From: Mytilus californianus | Taxonomy: Eukaryota | Length of the DNA stretch: 64,000 nt | Assembly (NCBI RefSeq): GCF_021869535.1 | Contig: NW_026262701.1 | Location: 35,402,001 to 35,466,000, forward strand | Direction of reading: 5' to 3' | In this document: piece by piece, positions 50,101-62,100 of the stretch | How the letters are laid out: the number at the start of each line of letters is the position of its first letter | Position numbering within the stretch: position 1 is the stretch's first letter | The notes under the pieces: generated by a model | What the model was told of the DNA's origin: nothing | Seen by the model: only the letters and a program-made list of their open reading frames with translations | The model's database searches: none | Translations under genes and position numbers: made by a program

Positions 50101-53100
50101 TATGAAAATAGGTCGAAAAAAAATATTCCCTTGAATTTGACAGTTGTAGGTAATTGATCCTACATTTCATTGCAGTAAAACATTTCTGAGTCATAAACAT
50201 ATATCTTGGGTATTTCAAAGCACCATTATTTCTTTATTTGGGGTTTCTATAGAATATTTTGGAAACTTGAGGTTACATGGTTACTAAAGCTTGTACACAG
50301 GTTAAAAAAGGAGGAAAATTTGATTGGTTAACTTCCAGTGATGGTTATTTTCTTATATGCAATGAAATGTTATGTGAAATTTTTTCTATAGTACTGGACA
50401 GGATAAAACTTTACTCATGCCAAGTATTTCTTTATTTGAAACAAAGATAAATTCTGCACAATTTTTGTGAAAAGTGCAAATTTAACAAAGACTAATAGGG
50501 GGTGGTATTACACCTTAAAAGAAATGTATAATTCTCAATATATCTATAGAGCTGTAAAATAATTACATTTCATTTATTATTTTGAGTTTTCTATCATTAT
50601 TAAACACTTAAATAGAAAATAATTGACACCATTGAGGACTAGCTTTTAGAAATGAAATTTTGTAGAATAAAAAGCATGCAGAATTAAAAGATAAATGTAT
50701 TTTTGCCCTCAAGAAGAGCTATAAAGTATATTCTTTATTGGCACATGTATCTTATTTTACTATGTTAAATTTTTCTCACTTATCCTTCACAATATTTTAC
50801 AATAACAGACCTTATAATGCCATGTTCAATTTAATTCAAATTTTAGAAAGTCTTGATAAAAAAATTCTTTTTACATAGTCAAATTTTAATAAATATTGGG
50901 GTGTTTCTCATTTTTCTCTAGAATTTATTATTTTATTTTAAGAATACAACAAAACAATATCTATTCTGATCAACTGTTGTTTTTCAATGAAAATCTTTCC
51001 ATTATTGTTACTTTACAGTCAATCAAATTTTCAAACAAAATATTTAATGACATTATTACTTAGTATTTTGAGTTATCTCCCATGTTATATATTTATGGGA
51101 AAACAAAATTTTATCTTCTGCAGCATACAGTTATGAGTTTTATCTTTTCATTAATCAAACATTTTTTTCTCTCACTTTTTTATTAGTACAAGTCCAGTTT
51201 TTGAACTCAAGTTTCCCTTGGTAATCAAAACAATGTCAGATTTCACGATTTTTAGATTTAATGTTTACATGTTTTAGTATGTGGACCAAAAAGACAAACC
51301 TGGGGTAAGAGGATCAGCAAGTTCAACTGTAAAATCGATCTCAGCTGACTGTCCAACTTCATTGAAGGCAATGCAGGTGTATTTGCCAACATCAGATGTG
51401 CTGTCCATGTCTACTAGGTAATTTTTTTCAGTGAAGTCTAAGTCAAATCCATTGTATTTCCATACCCAATGAGTAGATGATGGATTAGCTAATGTATTAC
51501 ATCTCAATGTTACAGCATTATTTAAACCTGGATTGAAACTGGCTTGATCTACTGCACTAATTGGTGCATCTAAAAAACAAAACATATTCAATTTTCACCA
51601 TTCTTTTATTTAACAGCCCGAAAACATGACGTCTTTGTTCTTACAATTTACAGTATTCTATGTGGTAAATAATGAACTATTGGCCAACATAAGAACTTTA
51701 TAAAATGTTAAGATATAAGCAAAATTCAGAAATTATTGCAAGGTTTTTATTAATACTAATAATGCAACTGTGCGAGTATTGCAATAATAAGAACTCACAT
51801 TCTGATAACTGATACATATACCAGTATGCAGATTTTCCTGAAATCACAAATTAATCTTGCATTTTTGCCCTTTTTTTAAAAGATTGCAATAATAAATGCA
51901 CCCAATAATTTCTGAATTTATAGTAAATGATTCAAGACAAATATAAAATTCTAAAACGAAGTCAATGGTTGGAATATGAGGACCCTGGTTACCTCACTTT
52001 AATAATTTATTGGTAACTGGTATATGATTGCTCTGCACCAAGAATCATAAATATACAAGGGTTTTTAGGAGGAGAATAAGCTTATCAATGAATCTACTAT
52101 CAGGTTGATTGTGGGATACTTGCCGAGAAGAATAATGCTTTTTGAAAAAATATCTTGAATTGAGAAAATTAAGTTGACTTTTTAAAATTCTGTGAATGTA
52201 GGATAGATATCTCCAACTGTTTGTGGAGTTTATAGAAATTTTATAAATTGCAAAATTCCCACATTTTTGTTTTTTTTCAAATGAGAAAACAAGAGTGTGC
52301 GAAGAAAACTAACCACATGCAGCTAGTAAATGACAAATATACAACATGATGGTACACTGAGAACAGCGTTAAGACACAAACATAATTGTGGTGCTTGTAG
52401 CTTTTATACCGTCTCCATTACCTATTCATCACCTACACATCAAATGCAATTGTGGTGCTTATAGCTTTTAAACAGTTACCATTACCTATTCATCACCTAC
52501 ACATCAAATGTAATTGTGGTGCTTATAGATTTTATACAGTTACCATTACCTATTCATCACCTACCGACGATTAAGAACTTACATTTGACATCAACATCAA
52601 CAGTGGCCTGTCTGCTTCCGACAACATTGGTAGCTTTACAGGTGTGTAATCCATCGTTGTTATTATAAGCTGCATTGCTGATTGTAAGAACAGGGCCTTC
52701 ATGTATCTTGACATCTTTGTAGTACCATTCATACAAAGGTGATGGGTCACCATCGGCCTCACAGGTCAAGGTGTATCCATTGCCTTCTTCAACGGTCACT
52801 TGTGATGGTCTTATTCTGATGTATGATGGTGCAGCTGAAGAGAGATTTGAAATGTTATTTGTCAAAATGAAAAAATGAAAAAATATTTTGCACATCTACG
52901 CACGTCATGACGAAAAATTCAACCAACAAAACTTTTAAATGATTCCATACAAAGATTTCATGGCCTTCCAAATGTTTTTAAAAATACATTATAGGGTTTG
53001 TACTCGTTTTTTAAGCCATGTCATGTCTTTTATTTGTGAGATTGCTGCTTTATCAACTAACTATATTTTAAACAATATACAGTTAGTTGAGTTGCATTGT

Positions 53101-56100
53101 ATCAAATAGTAACCAAATACTGACTCACCATTTGTGTCAATATTCAAAGTGACGTAATTAGATTCTCCTTGTCCAATGATGTTTGCGGCTGAACATCTGT
53201 AAGATCCGGCATCAGATCTGTCCAAATTGTAAATGGTCAAACTTGGGCTGTTCAAATTAGCCCCCTGATATTTGTTACCATCAATTTCAATGAGGTTGGT
53301 GTTTCCAGAGTTTGTACCTGCTACTGGATTGTATTTGGTCCAGAACACGCTGGTAGCTGCAGGGTTGGACATATAAGAACATGGGATATTAATGGATTGT
53401 CTCCCCTGTCCATCAAATGAAGATGTTGTTTGGGAAATTACAACAACTGGTGCATCTGTGAAATAATAAATAATATTTTTACAGTTAAAATATTTTAAAG
53501 CGTTGATAAAATAACAATTTTATAGAAAATTCAATTTTGACTGTAAAAAGTAGGCACATAACAATTCTACCAGGGAGATATAAATGTTAAGATTCAATAT
53601 ATGATAAAAATAATTCATTTAAAAACTCATTTGGAATGTTTCTAGCAGCTAAAAGTACAATTATTTTCATTGAAAAATTCTTCAAAATCTGGCATAATCT
53701 GAGCACAACTTATCAACTATAATGGCTTGCAATGAAAAAGTACATACATTGCACATCAACAATAGTTGTAGCTTCCATAGAACCATAGTTGTTAGAGGCT
53801 CTACATGTGTAGGTTCCTAAAGCTGTCCTTGGAGCGTTGTTAATCTCTAAGATATTGCCAGTTTTAATAACAGTAATGGATCCTTCTTTGTACCATGTGT
53901 ATATAATTGATGGACTTCCCTGTGCCAAGCATGTGGCACTGATAGTTTGTCCTTCCTCGATCACAATCTTTGCTGGGTTGATTGTAATTCCTGATGGTGG
54001 GTCTGTAAGAGAAATTGTTTGTTTTGTTACTATAGTTTCTTTTAACAGCATTTAAAAATATAAATGGTTAATAAATAGAGTGATGTTTTAACAATATAAA
54101 TAAATATAAATATGAGGCATAAGGCATGGATGTAGAAAGCAGAAAACAGGTAATTTACATTCCATGCTTATTTGAGGATAGGTAGGAACAATTAAAAAAA
54201 ATCTTGAAATTTAAAATTAAGAGAGTTCAGAACCTCAATTCATTTACTTCATCAACTTAAAATATGTTTCCAGTAATTCCATTAGAAAAAGATGTGGTAT
54301 GATTCCTAATGAGACAACTCTCCACCAGAGAACAAATGATGTAAAAGTAAGCAATTATAGGTCACTGTACTGCCTTCAACAATTAGCAAACACATACTGC
54401 ATAGCAAGCTCTCAAAATTACAAATATAAAACAATTCAAACGAGAAGTCAATCTTAATTTCTGGTACAGAAAACAAAATTGGCAACAGACTGGCAGACAT
54501 TAAGTGAGTCGTGTGCGGCATCAGTCATGGCAGCATCCAAGTTAAACTCTTAAAACAGGTCTTTCCAATATAATTTGATCTTAGTACTTTTTTCTCGGAC
54601 ATGTGAAACTCTATTAATGAGTCTACTGCATTAACTACCTCAAAGTATATCATTAAATAGGGTAGTATATTATTTTGAATTTTCTTGAATGTAATTACCT
54701 CCAATAATGTCTAGATAGACTTGGTTACTAGATCCAGTTCCTACATCATTTCGTGCCTGACAGATGTAATTTCCTTCATCGTCCTGTTCTACGGGATTAA
54801 TGGTCAATGATGGATTGGTAGTTGTACCACCACTCAGACGGTTGTTGTTGATAATATCGATTGGAGTAGGTTGGTTGTTGATATATTTAGCCCAAGTCAC
54901 ATCAATAGCTGCTGGGTTTGAAACAATGGTACATGTAATGATGACAGAGCTGCCAACACGTGCTGACTGTACAGTTGTTGCAGTGACAGTGGGTACATCT
55001 GAAATTTTCATGTTTCATGCAATTATTCGGACATCGGTAAATTGAAGCAGTGCTAACAGTCTTATCATTAACAAATTATCAGTTTTTTGTTTTAATTCTA
55101 ATCATGGAAATTCCGTTAAAAAAAAAGAACTTGTTGCAAGCAATTAAAAACAGTTTTGAGATTTTTTATCAGTTGAAGACTTGAATTTTTCTGAATAATA
55201 ATAAATGCTGTTATTTTTCTTGGTCATTATCAGTAAAGTATGGTATTTTCATGCTGTTGCAACATTTAATAAACTGTTATCACAGAGATATGTCTCGCCT
55301 TTTTGTAATTTTGATAATGTTGAAATTAAAATAGCAATACTTTAACATGTTAGTTATGCAAATATTCAAAGTCGATGAACCATGACTGAAGGTACATGGC
55401 TAAACAATCTCCATGGAAAGAGACGTGCCAATGCTAATACAACTGCATACCAAATACCATTGACTTATTATAAGTCGTTCCCTTTAACATCCCTAAACAC
55501 AAACATTAACTTGTAAACTATGTAAAAGTTTCAAAGTCAATGAACCATGATCAGGGGTGGGGCTATATAATCTCCATGGGAACAATACTTGCAAATGCCA
55601 ATAAATTTGCATACCAAATATCATTGACTTAACATTAGCAGTTCATCTTAAACTGATCTAATCACAAACTAATACATGTAAACTAAGCAAAAGTTTCAAA
55701 GTAAATAGACCATGACTGAGGGGGCAGGGCCAAATATTCTCCATGGAAATGAGATGTGCTAATGCTTATACAACTGAACACCAATTAACATTGGCCTACC
55801 ACTAATGGTTCCCCTTGAACTGACCTAATCACAAACTAATACATGTTAACTTAGCATTATTTTCAAAGTCTATAGACCATGACTAAAGGGGCGGGGCCAA
55901 ATAATCTCCATGGAAATGAGATATGCCAATGCTTATACAACTGCATACCAAATATCATTGACCTATCACTAGTGGTTCCCCATAAATTGACCTAATCACA
56001 AAGTAATACATGTAAACTATGAAAAGTTTCAAAGTCAATAGACCTTGACTGAGGGGCAGGGCCAAATAATCTCCATGGTAATGAAATGTGCCAATGCTAA

Positions 56101-59100
56101 TACAACTGCATACCAAATATCATTGACCTACCACTAGTGATTCACCATGAACTAGACCTAATCACAAACTAATACATTGTTGACGCCGCCGACGCCGGAA
56201 ACAGCATACCTATGTCTCGCTTTTTGACTCTTGTCAAGGCGAGACAAAAATGATCTATTATCAAATTCAATTTACTTCGATTTATATGAAAGCTAAGAAG
56301 GCCTTTTTCTAATTCTTTATCAATAATTTTGAGAGAAAAAAAGGAGGTACACATACTTCCGACAACATTGAGGAAAGCCTGTGAACTTTGACCTGTTCCA
56401 ACAAGATTTGTAGCATGACAAATGTAAGTGCCTTGGTCATTGTTATCAGAATTATAGATGATCAGAGATGGTGAAACTACACTGCCTCCTCCATATTTTG
56501 TTGTAAGGCTACCACCTATTGTGATGGTTTCTTCCTGGTTACCAGGAGTCTGACGGGTCCAGAAGACAGTTGTATGAGTTGGGTTAGAGATCACAGAGCA
56601 ATCAATGGTAACAGTGTTTCCAATGTTGACGGTGTATGTTGTCTGACTGATTCTAACTGTTGGTGGACCTATTTAAAACAGAGTTTGCATATAATTAAAA
56701 CTGGTTGTTTGGTTTTCTTTTAACAATAATTTGTATATAGCAATTACTTTAACAGTAAATTCATAGATAATTCATATTGAATTAATAATCGAATCTTCCA
56801 GCAAATGTCTAGATGAAGAATTGCAATAAAAGTGCTGTTTTGTCATTATATTTGTACAATTTTGCTCTGGAATTTTTTTTCAAAAAATATTCATAGCTTT
56901 CTAAAACAATTTGTGGAATAACCCTTATTTCAGGAATCTTTGTCACATAGACACATGAACACATAAATATAAACTTACTGCCAACGACATTGAGAGGTCC
57001 TTGGTTACTCCTTCCAGTTCCAACTGAGTTGGCTGCGAAACAGACATAATTAGCAATGTCGCCACTTCCTATATTCCTAATAGTAAGATCTGGATTGGCA
57101 ACGGTAGACCCTGAATATTTAGCAGTATTAGACACATCAATGGTGGTAGGTGTCTCTCCAGTCACAATTTTCTGCCAATAAACAGAAGTGTAGGTAGGGT
57201 TGGAAGAAATAATACATCCAAGTGTGGTATCATCACCATAGCTTGCAGAGAATGAGGTCTGTGAGAGGGTTACACTAGGGACACCTAAAAAACAATTATA
57301 TTGAATTAAAACTTTTCTAAAACTCAACCCTAATATAAAAACTTGACTTAAATGACTTTAGTTATACAGAGTACAACACACCTTAAATATAACCTCATAT
57401 GATAGATTAAACTGTATACATTTTTGCATGCAAAATAGTTCCCAATTCAAAAATTGATGGAAGCCAACAAAATTTCAAATCAATATGAAAAGTCTGAAAT
57501 CTTAAGCCTCTATAATATTTCCCTTTTTTGTTTACCATCAACATGCAAATACTATACGAGGTTAGAGTTCAACTTACTTCCAGCTACAGCTACAACAACC
57601 TGTGTACTCTGGCCAGTTCCTACACTATTTGTAGCATAACATACATATGTTCCTTGGTCACCGAATGCAGCATTATTGATGATTAAAGATGGACCTCCGA
57701 CAGTTGATCCATCATATTTGCCATTACTATTGAGAACATTTATATTAGAAGTGGTTCCACCAACGATCTTTCTCCAGTAAACCTGGGTGTGAAGAGGATC
57801 TGCTACAACACTACATTGTACGGTTACAGATTCACCGATGTTGACTGAGTAGGCCAATGGAGAGGCAGTTACGACTGGGATGTCTACAATGATATATTAA
57901 AAAGGAATTACGGTATTTCAATTCATTTTTTTGTTGTTCATATCATACTTATGTTAAGTTATAAATCAAAATGGCTATAAAAACACAATTATTCTGACAA
58001 ATTGATTGCATTACTCAATGTGAGGATTATACTATTATTAATATGTGTTTTATTTTGTTATGCATTTATATTTTCAAAAGAATATTTTAATTGTCTAGTA
58101 GAAACATATGAACAATGCTTCCACAATCTTTGTAAACAGATATTTAATAGTACTAAGTCTCTGTAAGAATTGACTGCACTGTAATGAATAAATATAAAGT
58201 ACTGATTAATCTTTATACCCATGATTTCACACATACAATTCCTACACGTTTAATTGTCCTGTAAATGTGGAAGACATTTGTTATCTGGACATGATTTTTA
58301 ATGCATTTCAGTGGAATTATAATTAATAAAGGTTATTTTGCATGTGTTTATGATGTGTTAACTTAAGACTCACAGCCTGAACATAGAGACTTTATTCAGT
58401 TGGTAAGTCATCAATAAACTCCTTCAAACTAATCTTTATTTTTATCTAAAGTTGCATTGGTTATATGTAACAACTTGTAAAAGTTTTCTTTGAAATGTTT
58501 TAAAATTGTCAGACCAGATTGTTTTGCAAGCATCAATGGGAGGACCAGCGCAATATGGAGGTCAGTCATAGTAAAGTCCTGGCCTTGTGGTCATAAACAT
58601 TTGGAGTACGATTATCATACTCAGACTCAGAATTCAACCAATCAAAATACTGGATTTGGTATTTCGAGCACAATGCAAATTACTTCGATTTCTTTTTATA
58701 CTCATCCTATCCTGAAGACTGAAATAGGAAATATCTGCGATACTAATGCTACTTACTTCCTACAACATCAAGGTTAGTAGCTGTACTAATTCCTGTTCCA
58801 ATAGGGTTGGTGACTCTACAGATATAGCTGGCCTGGTCAGATTCCTCAGCGGAGTTGACAATTAAAGATGGAGAGGAGATTGAAGAACCACCATATTTGT
58901 TATTGACATTAGTTAGGATGACATCTGTAGCTTGTCCATTGACAACTTTCTCCCATGTGACAGATGTAGCGGCTGGGTTGGCAGTGTACTGACATTCCAG
59001 TGTGACAGATGCTCCACGGTTAACAGTGTAATTTGGGACTGGTACATTTACTGTTGGAATACCTTTTAAAATATACAGTAAACTTCATTAAAATAGCAAT

Positions 59101-62100
59101 AGAAATAAAAATATTAAATAATAAATCAAAAATTTTAAATATCAGGAATGTTCTAAATTAATGATTAAAGATTTGCTTTTTCAAACAAAAAAAAAGACAT
59201 ATGCTAATAATATATACTATAAATCATTAATTTTTCAAAAGGATATATGGAATTAGGTTTTTACATACTTCCAACAACATCCAAGAAAGTCTGTTGACTC
59301 TGTCCAGTTCCTACACTATTGCTAGCCATACAAATGTAGTATCCTTCATCAGTACCAGCAGCATTACTGACCACCAGGGATGGTGAACTGACAGTACTTC
59401 CAGTTAGACGGCCGCTGTTCATGTCTACGTTGACAGCCTGATTGTTGACAATTCTTTGCCACATAACAACGGTGGCAGCAGGGTTGGCAGAAACAGTACA
59501 CTGTAGTGTGATGGGGTTACCAATGTTGACAGAGTAACTTGTGGACAAAACTGTCACAACTGGGATACCTGAAAAAATCAACATTTTTTTTTTGTATCTC
59601 ATGATCAATCATAAAAAATAGTTAAACATGTTTCAATTTAAGGAAAGAAGTTTGTAATGATGCAGTTAAAAATATGCTGCTTTGTGCATGCAATGTATAA
59701 TGACATGGTAAACTCAGTTTACTGAGATTGGTTGAGTGATTGTTGCTAATGCTTAACGTCCAGTGGCAATTATTTCATCACAATTCAGAACAATTACAGA
59801 GACTGACTTAGTTCTATTATCTTAGAGATATAAAAGAACCATTTCCAATTTTTTAGGAAGTCAAACTATGTTTTCAGTGATTCTAAATTTTCAAAAAGTT
59901 CTCATTTTGAATATTTACTTGTACTTACCAGGAAAAAGCTTTGAATTCATTAAATATATATATACTGTAAATTCAGAGGTTTTTATCCATGCAAATAATG
60001 TGAATGGGTGAATATCTGGGTGAATATTGCAATAACAAGAACTTGCATTATGATATCTGATACATATTAATATAATTTTCTGTATGCAGATTTTTCTGAA
60101 ATTGCAATAATTAATCTTGCATATTTGCCCATTCTTCAAAAATCTCAAAAATAAATGCACGCAATAATTTCTGAATTTTCAGTAAATAAAGCATAAATAA
60201 AAAGACTACTTGTTTCAAACATACTTCCAACAACATTCAAGTAGGTCTGTGCACTTGAACCTGTTCCTACACTATTGGTAGCATAACACACATAATATCC
60301 AACATCACCAGCAATGGCACTAGTAATGGTGATTGATGGGTTATTGACTGTTGATCCACTGATACGACCAGCAATATTAAGTTGGGTTGGTTGTCCATTG
60401 ACAATCTTTCTCCATGTGACACTTGTGTGTGCAGGGTTGGCATCAACGTTACACTGAATTGTGAGGTCGTTTCCGACAATGACGCTATACTGTGGTTGAG
60501 GAACGGTGACACTAGGGAGACCTGAATAAAATACATTGGATTAGTATGAAATTAAAATCAAAGAAATGCATAGAATGTTTTTATCTAATCACTTTATGAT
60601 GCAGCTTTATTGGACACAAAATTGGTCTACTGCAATCAATTAATGGATTTTTCCATGAATAATGTGTTTGGATATCAATGAAACCACCTTTATATCACTT
60701 TACCATGAATATTAAAGGGGATATGTTCCTTTCTCCATAAAAAATAAATCATCATTTTCCTATTTTTCATTAAAATATGGTCATGTTTATTCAATGCGCA
60801 AGTCATAAGAAATATTTATGCTTAAATTTTTTTATCTTGCAAAATAAGTTCAATTACTGATATAAAGACTTAAAAAATCCTAGAAATATGAAATTTATGA
60901 ACTTTATTAATTTCTTTTAAATTCAAACATTTCGAATTCAAAATGTTGTCCTGAAGTTTACTACAACATATGTGCACACATTCATAAATTGTTCAATCAA
61001 TTTATCAACCAAAGCGATTCAAGAGAATTTATAGGAAGAGAAAAATCTATTAACCCTATTTCAAGTACATTTTAGAATGACCAAACTTAATTTCCAAGGA
61101 TGGACGGACCACTCTTTTCACAGTACATCATAGAGTTACTTCCCTTACATCTAATAACTTACTTCCAAGTATAAATAATAATGACAACTTACTTCCAAGA
61201 ACATCTAAGAATGACTGTGCACTGGTTCCTGTTCCAGCTGCATTTGTAGCAGAGCAAACATAGTAAGCCTCATCACTGTCACCAGCATTTAGAACTGTCA
61301 GGGATGGAGTTCCGACTGTTCCACCATTGTATTTGACAGAATTTGCCACATTGATGAAGGATTCAGCTCCATTTGAACTTATCTTCTTCCATGTAACAGA
61401 AGAAGCTGATGGTGTTGCGAAAACAGTACACTGGATAGTAACAGAACTGCCAAGGTTAACAGTATATCCCTGTCCTATTGTTACAGATGGAACACCTAAA
61501 AATATCATCAAACATCACCAATGATAAACAAAAAATTATATACAATGGGAGACAACTCTCAGTGTATCTAATTGAAAAATGACTGGTACTGAAGTTTTTG
61601 CCCCTTATTTCATTAATCACGGCTTCATTTTACATGAGGTTGTGTGTAGGAGGTGGTGTCCCAGGTGGCTAAGACGTTTTATAAAATCAGCTGATTGTTT
61701 GTTGCTTAACATCTTTCTGGGTAAGCCCCTTTTTTATATCACAGAGTTAATATAATTCATATCAACTCAAGTCACACTTCGAAAAATTAAAACACTTAAC
61801 CTATAGTCCACTATAAGCACATGTTTATCACATTGCTAAATATTCTCTCAAAATCCTAAAGTTTATAAAAAAGACATTTTTTTAACACTCCTCGATTTAA
61901 ATTTAAACACCTATTATAATTTTATTTTTAAGTTTAAAGCGTAGCTGACCTGTCACCAATAAATAATAATCAGTGTAATAAACCATATTTACAGTCATGA
62001 TATCTCAGTGTATCTAAATACCAAAACTTACTTCCAACAATCTGTAGTTGTGTCTGTTGACTCTGAGATCTACCAATGGCATTTTCAGCGAAACAAGTGT

